A program made the translations under genes and the position numbers. Under the pieces are notes generated by a model. The model saw only the letters and a program-made list of their open reading frames with translations. It had not been told where the DNA came from and made no database searches. A DNA stretch of 64,000 bases from Bacteroidota bacterium (GTDB lineage Bacteria; Bacteroidota; Bacteroidia; Bacteroidales; Rikenellaceae): assembly GCA_015222165.1 (NCBI GenBank), contig JADFUS010000004.1:396-64395 (forward strand). The letters are read 5' to 3'. Of the stretch, positions 43,001 to 54,200 are shown one piece after another; positions within the stretch are counted from its first letter, which is position 1; each line of letters opens with the position of its first letter.

Positions 43001-44332
43001 TTACTCACTTATTCCGTATGTAACTACAAGTTTTATAGGTCTTTCCTTTGTGTTTACAAGCTCCGAAGATTTGTAAGTGAACGACGATGTTGCATTTGGA
43101 GCAACTTGTAATTTGTAGTTATCAATTTTCCCACTTAAAAGTTGTTGGATATATGTTGTGATGTTCATAACATACTCTTTCTTAACTCTATTTAATATTC
43201 CCCCAATCTCTCCTTGATTGTAAACATTATAACTTGGCATATATTTGTATTCTTGGTAGTCAAAATAAAGTACCAATGGATTTATATAATCATTCATAGC
43301 ATTTGCGCTATCATCTCCAATAGGAATTGTTAGTTCAGCTTTTAGAATGCTAATATATCCACTCTCTGTATTATTAGCTTTATCTTTTATTCTTTTTATC
43401 TCTTCTTCTGGAATTGTTAGCTCTGTTATATATCCATCAAGACCCATAACGTAACTTTTTGATGTTGAATTTGGGTCAAAATTATATGTAGGATCTATAA
43501 AGCTATAATCCCTTTTGTAGAAAGAAAAACCTTCGTTTAACAGAACTTTTTGTCTAGATGCTTCGTCAGTATATATATGAGAAAAAGTTATGTTATAACT
43601 TAATTTCTTTTCAGGTTCTGCAGGTTTGTGATAATATATTTTAATTCCACTACGAGTAGTGTTTATATTATATAATACACCTAAACCATAAGCAGTATTT
43701 GCTTCAAAATAGTATCCAGGAAAATCTTTTATGAAAATATCTCTATCATCATTTTGTGCTTTTGTAGCATCAAGATATTTCTGTACATATTTTGGATCAA
43801 CCTTTATATATGTAGCTCCAGCATTTTTAAAAGTTTTAGTATAATCTGGATTTTCATTAATATACTCTTTTATTGGAAAATTAGTATAGTATGAAGTTTC
43901 TTTAGGATAAGGTAAAGGTTTATTTAACTCGTAAACATTAACAGTTAATTTATAATCCTTAATACCTGAAAATCCGTTAGTGCTTAATATTACGTAGGCG
44001 GAATCTGCAACAACTCCATCTTCAAACTCACCTTCTTCGGGAAGAGTTCCTTTTGCAACTTGCGTAACAAAAGAAGCATCAATTTTACCCATTCTTGGGA
44101 AAACTGACGAGCCTAAATAATAACTTTCAGCATTATCTGCTAACATAGAATCTGTTTGAATAGATTTTATGTTAAATCCGTCTGATATAGTTTCTGTTGA
44201 TATTTTTAGTCTATCAACTGGGGGAATTAAATCGCCACCTAAATTATCGTCAATATCAGTACAAGATGTTGAAACGATTAAAACCAAAACTAATGAAAGT
44301 TTTGAAACACTATCTCTGAAGTATTTTATCAT
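43001..44332 (-). CDS. DUF4270-like lipoprotein
   Basis: I prefer the internal Met at 44332, which gives MIKYFRDSVSKLSLVLVLIVSTSC with a lipobox. The position after the short GlgA-like gene is a pairing I recall as conserved in Bacteroidota. Confidence 0.5.
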   Translation of the reverse strand: MIKYFRDSVSKLSLVLVLIVSTSCTDIDDNLGGDLIPPVDRLKISTETISDGFNIKSIQTDSMLADNAESYYLGSSVFPRMGKIDASFVTQVAKGTLPEEGEFEDGVVADSAYVILSTNGFSGIKDYKLTVNVYELNKPLPYPKETSYYTNFPIKEYINENPDYTKTFKNAGATYIKVDPKYVQKYLDATKAQNDDRDIFIKDFPGYYFEANTAYGLGVLYNINTTRSGIKIYYHKPAEPEKKLSYNITFSHIYTDEASRQKVLLNEGFSFYKRDYSFIDPTYNFDPNSTSKSYVMGLDGYITELTIPEEEIKRIKDKANNTESGYISILKAELTIPIGDDSANAMNDYINPLVLYFDYQEYKYMPSYNVYNQGEIGGILNRVKKEYVMNITTYIQQLLSGKIDNYKLQVAPNATSSFTYKSSELVNTKERPIKLVVTYGISE

Positions 44333-45128
44333 AAAAAGTAGAGTATTCTTCGGTATTAACTTCTTCGTCGTATGCCTCAAGGATATCTATATTGTTTTCC
44401 TTAGCATAATTAATAATATCTTTGTCGACTTTATCACTTGTAACGATAATACCATCGACATATTGCATGGTAAACAAAATTAAATTTTTGTAGCTTGGAT
44501 TATCAAGAAGTTCAAGATTCTTAGGATTACCTCCTTCGCTTTCAACTTTAGAACGTATCTCAGAATCTAAATTACCTTCAAAATCGTTACCATATAAAGA
44601 AAGGATAACCTTACTGTTTTCGAATAAAGGTTCGTCTTTATATAAATCTTTAACGTACATAGCTATTATGGCAGTAAACCAATCGTGGCAATGAACGATA
44701 TCTGGTGACCATTGAAGTTTAGTGACAGTTTCGATTACGCCTCTAGCATAGAAAATAGAACGTTCATCATTATCTTTGAACATTTCGTTATTTTCGTCAC
44801 ATAGAGTTTTTTTGCGTTGATAATAATCTTCATTATCAATAAAATAAACTTGCATTCTAGCACTAGGAATAGATGCAACTTTTATTATTAATTGATGATC
44901 ACAATCGTTGATTACGATATTCATTCCAGAAAGTCTTATGACTTCGTGAAGTTGATTACGACGTTCATTGATGCAACCAAAACGAGGAATAAAAGTTCTT
45001 ATTTCTTTATTTGTTTTTTGAATCTCCTGAGGAAGATTACGACATATTAGAGATTCCCTATCTTCAGGTAGATATGGGCTCATTTTCTGACAAACATATA
45101 GTATGTGTGTTTTACTCATTATTGACAC
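44310..45128 (-). CDS. short glycogen/starch-synthase-like protein (N-terminal GT5-like domain only)
   Basis: ILYVCQKMSPYLPE, then PRFG, then DIVHCHDW blocks resemble the GlgA N-domain. At 272 aa it lacks the C-terminal half. Confidence 0.55.
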   Translation of the reverse strand: MSIMSKTHILYVCQKMSPYLPEDRESLICRNLPQEIQKTNKEIRTFIPRFGCINERRNQLHEVIRLSGMNIVINDCDHQLIIKVASIPSARMQVYFIDNEDYYQRKKTLCDENNEMFKDNDERSIFYARGVIETVTKLQWSPDIVHCHDWFTAIIAMYVKDLYKDEPLFENSKVILSLYGNDFEGNLDSEIRSKVESEGGNPKNLELLDNPSYKNLILFTMQYVDGIIVTSDKVDKDIINYAKENNIDILEAYDEEVNTEEYSTFYDKILQR

Positions 45129-45297
45129 TTAATTGGTGATACAAAAAAGGTTTTATACGCACATTTTGCGTTAAACACTAATAGTACAAAGGTAGTAAAC
45201 ATTTAATAGATAACCAAATTTATTTGCTTTTTGACATTTTAAACTCTTTTTTAGTTAAAAAAAGTGTATTATAAATATGGAGTTTTCAAAAAAATGG

Positions 45298-45305
45298 TAT
45301 CTTTG
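45298..45305 (+). promoter_or_regulatory. -7 promoter box (TATCTTTG)
   Basis: Exact match, 17 nt before ATG 45323 and 23 nt before the in-frame ATG 45329. Confidence 0.45.
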
Positions 45306-45322
45306 CAATTGAAATAAAATTT

Positions 45323-46492
45323 ATGATTATGATTAATAAAAAATTAATAGGATTATTTTCTATACTTTTATCATTATTGATGATTGGTTGTTCGGGAGAT
45401 AAAGCGACAATAAAAGGCACTTTATGTGACCTTAAAAATGAAACTCTTTTGCTGGAACAACTTGCAGGGAACCAACGACTTTTTGTCGATTCGGTGAAAG
45501 TTAGTGCAGATGGTTCTTTTTCTGTAAAATATTTATTCGAGTCAAAAGACGAACCTGTTTTGCTGAACTTAAGGCATAAAGAGGACTATATAACTCTGCT
45601 TGTTGAAGCGGGAGAAAAAGTAGATGTTGAATCTATAATAAATCTTTCTAGAAACTATTCTGTTTCTGGTTCAAAAGGTTCGGAGCAGTTGAAAATGCTT
45701 AGCAAGTCTCTGATTTTGACTTCTAATACTATAGATTCTCTTTATGGAAGTTATAATAAATCGACTTCTTATGTGGAGAAAGAGTCTATAATAAAACAGA
45801 TAAAACAAACGTATATTAATCATAAAAGAGCAAATATTGATTTTGTACTAAATAATTCAAATTCTATTGCGGCAATGGTGGCTCTTTATCAGAGAATGCC
45901 AAACGGGATAAATGTATTTGGAGATAAAAATGATATTCTTTATTTCCGTAAAGTTAATGAGGCACTTCTTGAAAAATATCCTAATTCAAGATATGTTCAA
46001 GCTATGGGTAGAGATATAAAAGAGCAAGAAAATAGAAGCTCGTTAGATAATCTTATTCGCAAATCGGTATTAAATTCTGATAATCATTGGCTTCCTGAGA
46101 TAGATTTAAACGATATCTATGGTAGAGAACATAAGCTTTCTGATCTTAAGGGTAAAGTTGTACTATTGAACTTCTGGAGCTATACACTTCCAAATTATAG
46201 TGTGTTGAATGCTGAGATGAGAGATGTTTATGAACAAGCTAAAGATAAAGGTTTTGAAATTTATCAAGTTTGTTTAGATGATGATAAAGCAACATGGATT
46301 GGGGTAGTATTATCACAAAGTCTTCCATGGATAAGTGTTCTTGACCCAAAAGGTGCGGGTTCTATAGCTGCAAAAAATTATAATATTTCAACTATGCCAG
46401 CAAATTTTCTTATAGATAGAGATGGCAACATAGTAGGAAAAAATATTTGGGGTGCAGATCTTGTTAATAAAATTAATGAGATAACAGAATAA
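45323..46492 (+). CDS. DUF4369 plus TlpA/redoxin-like lipoprotein lacking the CxxC active site
   Basis: Lipobox MIGC. The C-terminal thioredoxin fold is readable (GKVVLLNFW...KGFEIYQV...MPANFLIDRDGNIVGKN), but the usual WCGPC position reads SYTLPNYS. Confidence 0.7.
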   Translation: MIMINKKLIGLFSILLSLLMIGCSGDKATIKGTLCDLKNETLLLEQLAGNQRLFVDSVKVSADGSFSVKYLFESKDEPVLLNLRHKEDYITLLVEAGEKVDVESIINLSRNYSVSGSKGSEQLKMLSKSLILTSNTIDSLYGSYNKSTSYVEKESIIKQIKQTYINHKRANIDFVLNNSNSIAAMVALYQRMPNGINVFGDKNDILYFRKVNEALLEKYPNSRYVQAMGRDIKEQENRSSLDNLIRKSVLNSDNHWLPEIDLNDIYGREHKLSDLKGKVVLLNFWSYTLPNYSVLNAEMRDVYEQAKDKGFEIYQVCLDDDKATWIGVVLSQSLPWISVLDPKGAGSIAAKNYNISTMPANFLIDRDGNIVGKNIWGADLVNKINEITE

Positions 46493-47247
46493 TGAAAGTT
46501 TTTTTTGCGTCAGACGTACACATAGGTGTTTTAGGTTATAAAACTGCCGAAGCTAATGAGCTTGAGGAGCGTTTTATAAATTGGCTTGATATGGTTAAAA
46601 TAGAGGGTGAAACTCTCTATCTTTTAGGTGACATATTCGATTTCTGGTTTGAATATAAGCATACAATACCTAAAGGTTGTACTTCCGTTTTAGCTAAATT
46701 ACGTGAATTGGTTAAAAGTGGAGTAGACATTCACTATTTTTGCGGTAACCACGATGAGTGGATTCAAGATTATTTCACAACTTATATAGGTGTTATAATT
46801 CATAATAAAGAGCCTGAAACTATAGAGTTACAGGGTAAAAGGTTTGTTATGGGACATGGTCATAAGCTAGGTCTTGATAAGCGTTTTTTTGCACGTTTTA
46901 TGCACGTAGCATTCAGTAATCGTCCTTTATATATGTTTTGTGAAAAGATGTTTCTATCAGATTTTTTTATGAGTTGGGGGCAGAATTGGAGTCGTAGCAA
47001 TATGATAAAAAAGAGAACCCAAGAATCTATGACATTTAACCCTGAAAATAATAAATTACTGACTTATCTAGAAAATTTCAATCAAGAAAAAGTAGATTAT
47101 TTTGTATTTGGTCATTTTCATACTCCTACGATATATCCCATAAATAATTCAAATTCGTCAAAACTATTTATTTTAGGCGAATGGTTGAGAAATCCTCAAT
47201 ATGCAGTTTTAGAAAATGGGGAACTTGATCTTCTTAAGTTACAGTAA
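46492..47247 (+). CDS. lpxH: UDP-2,3-diacylglucosamine diphosphatase
   Basis: Calcineurin-like motifs FASDVHIG, LGDIFDFW, GNHD and GHGH. Confidence 0.8.
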   Translation: MKVFFASDVHIGVLGYKTAEANELEERFINWLDMVKIEGETLYLLGDIFDFWFEYKHTIPKGCTSVLAKLRELVKSGVDIHYFCGNHDEWIQDYFTTYIGVIIHNKEPETIELQGKRFVMGHGHKLGLDKRFFARFMHVAFSNRPLYMFCEKMFLSDFFMSWGQNWSRSNMIKKRTQESMTFNPENNKLLTYLENFNQEKVDYFVFGHFHTPTIYPINNSNSSKLFILGEWLRNPQYAVLENGELDLLKLQ

Positions 47248-47250
47248 ATA

Positions 47251-48288
47251 TTATTTAGATAGCTCTCTATAAATTTCGGCGTACTCTTTTGCCGAACGTT
47301 CCCATGAAAATGAGCGTGCATATTGTTTTTCCTCTTCAATATCTCTATTTATAGGGAAATCTTTCATGCCATTTTCAAATTCCATTTTCATCTTTTCACG
47401 ATTAAAATCTTTATCGAAGTAATAGGCATATTTTCCTCCTATTTCGGGTAAAGAGGTGTGCTGAGATAGAAAAATAGGTTTCCCATAAGCCATAGCTTCT
47501 ATAACAGGAAGCCCAAATTCTTCAGCTATAGATGGAAATAAAAAGGCTGAACAATTATTTAAATACCAGTGTTTTTCGGCTTCGCTAATTTCTCCTAGCA
47601 TTATTAATCTATCTTCAACTCCATACTTTTTAGCTTCCTCTTTTATTTTTAAAGAGTAGTCAGAAAGTTTTCCAGCTATTAAAAGAGAGTAATCATTATC
47701 TTGAAGAAGGCATGGTAGGACGTGCCAATTTTTTTTAGGTAGAATTATACCCAAAGAAAATAAAAATGGTTTTTGTGGCTTGTTCTTAGGCTCTGTATGT
47801 TCTCCATCATAAAGATTACAGCCATTATATATAACTTTTATATTTTTTCCTTTAATATCAATATTACGCATTAAATCCATTTTTGAAAATTCAGAAATGG
47901 CTACAACTTTATCTGCTCTATCAATGTTCTTTTGAAGTAAAGAGAGTCTTCGAAGACGTTTTCTTTTGTTCTTTTCGTATAAAAAATTTAAATCGTGTAC
48001 AGTTATCAGAACCTTAACTTTCTTAGGAGGAAGATATGGTGACATCTGAAAAGTAGAGTGCCATAAAACGGCTTTTTTAGGAGAAAATATAGTCATTCTA
48101 TGATAAAATTTCAGAGCTATATATCTAGCATTTCCGAATATGCCAAATAGTCTTTTAGGAATAAGAAATGAAATTGAAAATTTATCATTTGCAATTTCTT
48201 TATTTAAAGCTAAAGCCAACTCTTTAGTAAAATGATAAAGACCAGTATTAGGGTGTTTAAGTTTTGTAGCATCAAATATGATATTCAT
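47251..48288 (-). CDS. GT4-family glycosyltransferase
   Basis: C-terminal EEFGLPVIEAMAYGKP motif (E-x7-E type). Confidence 0.8.
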   Translation of the reverse strand: MNIIFDATKLKHPNTGLYHFTKELALALNKEIANDKFSISFLIPKRLFGIFGNARYIALKFYHRMTIFSPKKAVLWHSTFQMSPYLPPKKVKVLITVHDLNFLYEKNKRKRLRRLSLLQKNIDRADKVVAISEFSKMDLMRNIDIKGKNIKVIYNGCNLYDGEHTEPKNKPQKPFLFSLGIILPKKNWHVLPCLLQDNDYSLLIAGKLSDYSLKIKEEAKKYGVEDRLIMLGEISEAEKHWYLNNCSAFLFPSIAEEFGLPVIEAMAYGKPIFLSQHTSLPEIGGKYAYYFDKDFNREKMKMEFENGMKDFPINRDIEEEKQYARSFSWERSAKEYAEIYRELSK

Positions 48289-48353
48289 AATTTAGTTTTT
48301 TTTAGCTTTAAGAATGTTATATGCAAAAGTAATTATATTTTTTTATACATATC

Positions 48354-48390
48354 AAAAAAAACCGTTAAAAATTAATTTAACGGTTTTTTG
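48354..48390 (-). terminator. terminator after pfp
   Basis: ACCGTTAAA/TTTAACGGT stem flanked by A7 and T5 runs. Confidence 0.8.
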
Positions 48391-48409
48391 ACTTTATAAT
48401 AATTTTCAA

Positions 48410-49633
48410 TTATTTCCAGTTAAGGATTTTTAAGAAATCATAATCTTCAGGATTCTTAACTAATTTACTAGCTGCTTCATAATCATCTTCAGTAATGTAG
48501 TGACAGTTATTCATATAAGTACTCATAACTTTTTGAGAATCTATATCTACAAGACGTGGTTTGATTTTGCCAGTTTTTGCATCTTCTATATCTTTTAAGA
48601 ATAGAGGAGCTACATCACCATTGCTATTTGTTGTAACAATACAACCAGTGTGACCTTGTTCAAATAATTCAAGAACACCAATACCAAGACGAGTAGTGTA
48701 CGATAAATCGTAAGCTATAGGACGGCAACAACGAAGTTCGTAACCCATTTCGTTAGGACGACTCTTTATTTGAATACCATTCTTTTTAAGTTCGTGTTGA
48801 GTAAGCATATTGAAAACGTGAGATTTACTTACGTTACCAAGTTCTGGGTGACCATGTTCGTCATATGTGAAGTTGATGCCAGTATTTACGATATCTTCGT
48901 CTGTCATAAAGTGGAAAACACCTTCAGAAACACTTGCTATACCATAGTTGATACCAAGAATTTGACGTTTAATCATTGAAGAAACAATTAACTTAGTGAT
49001 TTTATCAAAAGTAATTTGAGTCTTGTTAAACATTTCAGGAATGATAATCATTGGAAGGTGACAAGCTGTACCTATACCGAAAGCAAGGTGACCTGCTTCA
49101 CGACCCATTGCAGAAACAACAAACCATAAACCGCTTGTACGAGCGTCTTCATAAAGAGTTGTTGTAAGTTTTACGCCTTCTTCCATAGCTGAGCTATAAC
49201 CAAAAGTTGGCATACCTCCAGGAAGAGGAAGATCATTATCGATAGTTTTTGGAACGTGAATATTTGCAACTTTTATATTGTTGTTTCTCAAATATTTTGA
49301 AAGTCTATTAGCAGTTGAAGCTGTATCATCACCACCAATAGTAACAAGAAGTTTTACATTATTGTTAATGAAAAAATCTGCTTTAAATTCGTCATCACGA
49401 GGTTTGAAACGGCTCATTTTTAAAGCTGAACCACCTTTACTATATATTAAATCTGCTTTTTCAAAGTTTAATTCAGAAAAGTCTGGCTCGTCGGCAAGAA
49501 GACTTTTGTAACCACCGTTAATACCAAGTACTCTATATCCTTTTTTTAAAAATACTTTTGTTACTGTACTGATAACTGTATTTATTCCTGGTGCTGGACC
49601 TCCAGCGCATAGAATTGCTATTGACTCGTTCAT
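48410..49633 (-). CDS. pfp: pyrophosphate-dependent 6-phosphofructokinase
   Basis: PFK fold with GGPAPGIN. GGDDT (Asp rather than Gly) and PKTIDNDL (Lys rather than Gly) are the positions that distinguish PPi- from ATP-dependent enzymes. Confidence 0.8.
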   Translation of the reverse strand: MNESIAILCAGGPAPGINTVISTVTKVFLKKGYRVLGINGGYKSLLADEPDFSELNFEKADLIYSKGGSALKMSRFKPRDDEFKADFFINNNVKLLVTIGGDDTASTANRLSKYLRNNNIKVANIHVPKTIDNDLPLPGGMPTFGYSSAMEEGVKLTTTLYEDARTSGLWFVVSAMGREAGHLAFGIGTACHLPMIIIPEMFNKTQITFDKITKLIVSSMIKRQILGINYGIASVSEGVFHFMTDEDIVNTGINFTYDEHGHPELGNVSKSHVFNMLTQHELKKNGIQIKSRPNEMGYELRCCRPIAYDLSYTTRLGIGVLELFEQGHTGCIVTTNSNGDVAPLFLKDIEDAKTGKIKPRLVDIDSQKVMSTYMNNCHYITEDDYEAASKLVKNPEDYDFLKILNWK

Positions 49634-49683
49634 TTGTATAAATTTTATTTTATTATAGTTTTCCTTTTATTCTATTCGGAATA

Positions 49684-49691
49684 CAAAAATA
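49684..49691 (-). promoter_or_regulatory. -7 promoter box (TATTTTTG on minus strand)
   Basis: TAnnTTTG match upstream of pfp. Confidence 0.4.
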
Positions 49692-49888
49692 CACAAATAA
49701 AGAGACTATGCCAAATTATAACTATTCTTTTTGGTTGATTTACAGATGCTTGAAAAAACGCATAATTAGTAATCGTTAATTCTTTTTATTTAAATTAGGC
49801 TAAAATAGTTTTATATATATATGTTTGCTTTAAGTTTTAATATAAAACGCGCTTTTAGCTTATCTATTTTTTTTGCTAAAATATAAAA

Positions 49889-49923
49889 ATGATGGTTGAA
49901 ATATTATTAATTTCAACCATCAT
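49889..49923 (-). terminator. terminator after the efflux operon
   Basis: 14-bp perfect stem ATGATGGTTGAAAT/ATTTCAACCATCAT with a 7-nt loop. Confidence 0.85.
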
Positions 49924-49949
49924 TTTATTATTTTTATTTATATCTCTTG

Positions 49950-51215
49950 TTAATATTGCCCGTTTGCTTTTTTATATTCTGCAATAGAAATTTGATATTG
50001 CCAGCTAGTGTTAACATAAGAAACATAAGAAGATAACCATGATATTTGAGATTGAAGAACATCAAGAATGCTTCTATTACCTTCGTTATAGCTAAAAGTA
50101 TTTAATTCTAGAGTCTCTTCAGCAACATTTAAGCTTTTTACAACAACTTCAACTTGTTCGCTATATTTTACTAAGTTTGTTTTTGTCGATAAAACAGAAC
50201 TCTTTATATTATCTTTTGTTAAGCTAAGGTTTTCTTCACTAGAACGAATATCAGTTTCTATCATTGCTATTTTTTTACGACGCTCTCCCCACATGAAAAT
50301 AGGAATATTTAGAGATGCAAAAACTTGACCATAAGTTGGAGGAGCACTTTGTGAAGCGGCAGATATATATCCTCCTTTAGCTCCAATGACAAATTGTGGA
50401 TTATATTGACTTCTAGTAACTTTTTTCATTTGTTTATTGAAATCAATATTTAACATTGCCTCACGATACTCAGGGTTATTTTCTAACTCTTCTTCAACAG
50501 ATGTAATGTCTTCGTAAGGTGCAATCTCATATATAGAGTTATAAAGCGAATACTCTTGATTCTTAGATGTTCCCATTAAAGTATTAAAGGTATTTACAGC
50601 GTTGTTATATTCTCTTTCTATATTTGTATATCTTTGTTTTGCATCATATAGTTGAGACTCAACCATTAATAAGTCTATCTTTGAAACATAACCGTCGTCA
50701 TATCTCTCTTTTAGTATGTCATATAAACCTTGTACGATCTCAACATATTTCTTACCAATTTGTTGTGCTTCAATAGCCGCAGAATATGACCAGTAACTTA
50801 TATCTGAAGAGTATGCTATATCTTGAAAAGTGACTTCATATTGAACGTCAGATATGCTCTTAGATATTTTAGCCGATTTCACACCTGCTCTTACAGTTCC
50901 ACCAGCATAAACATTTTGTTGTATGTTTAAAGTAGCATAATATCCAAAATCTTTAAGAACGGCGGCACTAGGATATTTAATACTTTGGTCGTGAAAAGAG
51001 TATGTACTGTTAGCTTCTCCGTGTAGTGATGGAAGATATCCTGTTTTTACCACATCAAGATTACTATCAGCTTTCTTTATACTTTCAGTCTTTATTTTCA
51101 AAGATTGACTATATTCCAAAACTAGCTCTCTATATCTTTCAATAGATATTGCTTCTTGAGCAAAAACTCCTATCGTTAAAAATATAGATATTATTAATAA
51201 AATTAGGTTTTTCAT
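49950..51215 (-). CDS. TolC-family outer-membrane efflux protein
   Basis: Signal peptide and a duplicated coiled-coil/beta architecture. It is the last gene of the MFP-RND-OMP operon and its start overlaps the RND stop by 1 nt. Confidence 0.85.
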   Translation of the reverse strand: MKNLILLIISIFLTIGVFAQEAISIERYRELVLEYSQSLKIKTESIKKADSNLDVVKTGYLPSLHGEANSTYSFHDQSIKYPSAAVLKDFGYYATLNIQQNVYAGGTVRAGVKSAKISKSISDVQYEVTFQDIAYSSDISYWSYSAAIEAQQIGKKYVEIVQGLYDILKERYDDGYVSKIDLLMVESQLYDAKQRYTNIEREYNNAVNTFNTLMGTSKNQEYSLYNSIYEIAPYEDITSVEEELENNPEYREAMLNIDFNKQMKKVTRSQYNPQFVIGAKGGYISAASQSAPPTYGQVFASLNIPIFMWGERRKKIAMIETDIRSSEENLSLTKDNIKSSVLSTKTNLVKYSEQVEVVVKSLNVAEETLELNTFSYNEGNRSILDVLQSQISWLSSYVSYVNTSWQYQISIAEYKKANGQY

Positions 51216-54200
51216 TATTTCTTAATTTTCATAATTGCACAATATGTAACGGGAAGTATAAATATTGTCAGAAGTGTAGCGACAAATAATCCACCCATGA
51301 TTGTTGCTGCCATACCACCAAAAAGTGCATCTGGAAGAAGAGGAAGCATACCTAGAATAGTTGTTCCCGAAGCCATAACCACAGGAATTATACGTGATCT
51401 TGTAGCCGTAACTACTGCATCAACAGGTTCTGTTCCCGAAGCTATTTCTATACCTATTTGGTCAACAAGAACAATGGCATTTTTAATATTCATACCTATA
51501 AGTCCTAATAGTCCTAATATTGCAAAGAAATCTAGCATTTTACCCGAGATAGCTAAACCTGAAACTACACCTATAAAAATTAAAGGTAACATCAATAGAA
51601 TAATTAATGGTTTCTTATAATCTTTGAAAAGCAATAGTAGAGTAGCGAAAATCAAGAAGAATGTTAAAGGCATATATACAGCAAGAGCAGCATTAGAATC
51701 TTGTTGACTCTCTTTTTCACCATAAACTTTCATGCTATATCCGCTTGGAAGTTGTGCTTGCATAGTATCCCATAATTTCGCATAAACTTGTTGATATGCT
51801 TCTTCGGTATTTGCTCCTTTTATAGGGTCACACTGTGCCTTCATGGTTAGTTGGCGTTGATAGCGTCTTATTATATTCCAATCATAAGGAGTAGATATTG
51901 AATCGGTAACCTGAGCTAAAGAGACTGTTTCTCCGCTGTTAGTAAATACGGGAAGAGAGCTAATATTTGCAAGGTTAAAATTATCAATATTATCATCTTT
52001 CAAAAGAATAGGCATAAATAAATCACCTTCTCTATAGTCACCCATATTAATACCATTTGTAGAAAGTTTGGTATAATTGGCAATGACTTGTCTAGAGACT
52101 CCTAAGCGTTGACCTTTCTTTTGTGAATAAGCTGGACGTATAGAAGGAGTTTTATTTCCCCAATCTGAACGAGGAACACCTACTAAATCACAATCTTTCA
52201 TAAGTAGCATACTCTTGTTTGTTAACATTGCAAGAGTGTCAGCATCTTCACCAGTAAAACCAAATTCTATTATGGCGTCTGGAACTGGAGAAAGAGCAAA
52301 AAGAGAACTTCGAACAACAATATTAGGATAATTGTTGTTAACATAAGCATTTAGTCTTCTCTCCATAATTTTAGTAGAATCTGTAGTAGTAAGTTCTATT
52401 AACATATTACCAAAATTAGAACGAGGTCCAACAGAGCTACTTGCAAGATAATATCTTAAAGGAGAACCACCAACAGTCATAGATACATTTTTCACGGAAG
52501 GTTGTTTCTCAAGCCAATCGTTTATATCAAGCATTTGTTCTTCACTATTGCTGATACTATATCCATCAGGCATAAAATAATCGGCACGGAAATAAGGTTT
52601 GTCAATATTAGGGAAGAAACTTTTTGGCGAATAAGACATAACCACTAAAGCAAGGGCAAGTAAACCTACCATAGATGTTAAGGTTATATATCTGTGATGT
52701 ATAAGTTTATAAAGAATTTTGTTAAATTTAGTATAAAACTTATTATCATAAGGATCTTTGTTCTTATCTCCTTTTTTTAAATCTTTTAATATGTGTTTAC
52801 CAAAAAGAGGAGTTTGTGTCATTGCTAATATCCAACTTAACCCTAGAGATAACGATAAAACAATGAAAAGAGGTTTTACAATTTCTGCTACTGAAGAGGG
52901 TGCGAGATATAAAGGTAAGAAAGATATTATAGCTATAAAAGTAGCCCCTAGAAGTCCCCAAAGAGGTCCATTTGCTCCGTCTATAAGTGCATTACTTTTT
53001 GATTTCCCTCGTTTAATTGATATCTGAGCATTATCCGTGACAACAATGGCATTATCTACAAGCATACCCATAGCGATGATAAATCCCGCAAGAGAAGTTC
53101 TATTAAGACCAACACCTAGGAATAACATTATAAGCATTGTTCCAGAGATAGAAAATATTAACGATGAACCAATAAGTACACCTGCTTGAAGTCCCATTAC
53201 AATCATTATAATAAATACAACGATAGCAATAGATTCTATTAAGTTTAATATAAACCCATTATTTGCTTCTTCGGCAATATCATTCTCTAAATATAAAGGA
53301 CTTATTTCTAAGCCATAAGGAACATGACTTTTTATTTGTTCTATACGTTTAGCAACATCTTCACCAGTTTTAACAACATCAGAACCATCGATATTTGAAA
53401 CTCCTATACCAATAGCACGTTTACCATTAACACGCATCAAAGAAGTAGGAGGGTCAAGATAACCTCTTTCTATTCTTGCAAAGTCGCCTAGACGAATTTG
53501 TGTGCCATCTGTTGACGTGATAATTTGATTTTTTATATCTTCAAGATTTTGGTAAGTTCCCGAAGCAACCACCGAAATACTAAGATCTCCAGCTTGTTTA
53601 GTACCTGTATTTACGAGTTTATTCTGAGATGTTAGAATGTCTACTATAGTGTTTGGATTTACACCTATATTAGAAAGTGTTGAGGTTGAAATATATACGT
53701 TAACAACTTCTGTTTGTTCACCATACAGTGATACTTTTTGTACGTTATCAACAATTACAAGTTGTGTTTTTATATCTTGCGCTATGTCACGCATCTCTTT
53801 AAAACTAAAACCGTCATCAGCAACTAATGCGTAATATATCCCATAAACATCTCCGAAATCGTCATTTACAGATATTGTAGATGATCCTTTTGGTAGTTTT
53901 GGCTGTACATTAAGAACTTTTCTTCTTAGTTCGTCCCATCTTTGAGGAATAGCATCTGGAGAAGTAGAAGGTTCTATTTCAACATTTATTTTTGATAAGC
54001 CGTAGTAAGATTCAGATTTTATTTTATATACGCCTTCAAGAGTTTGTATTTCTCTTTCTATAGGTTCTGTTATAAGTAGTTCAACCTCTTTTGGTGTTGC
54101 CCCAGGATATTGGGTAATAAGAACAACATTTTTTATAATAAAAGGTGCGTCTTCTTTTTTTCCAAGTTTTCCAAAGCTATATAAGCCTCCAATTAACAAA

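Noticed and set aside
44333-44380. Longer start for the DUF4270-like gene, giving a 71-nt overlap with the upstream gene
   Set aside because: The internal Met at 44332 produces a proper lipoprotein signal peptide and reduces the overlap. The extension (MRHTTKKLIPKNTLLF) is not signal-like.
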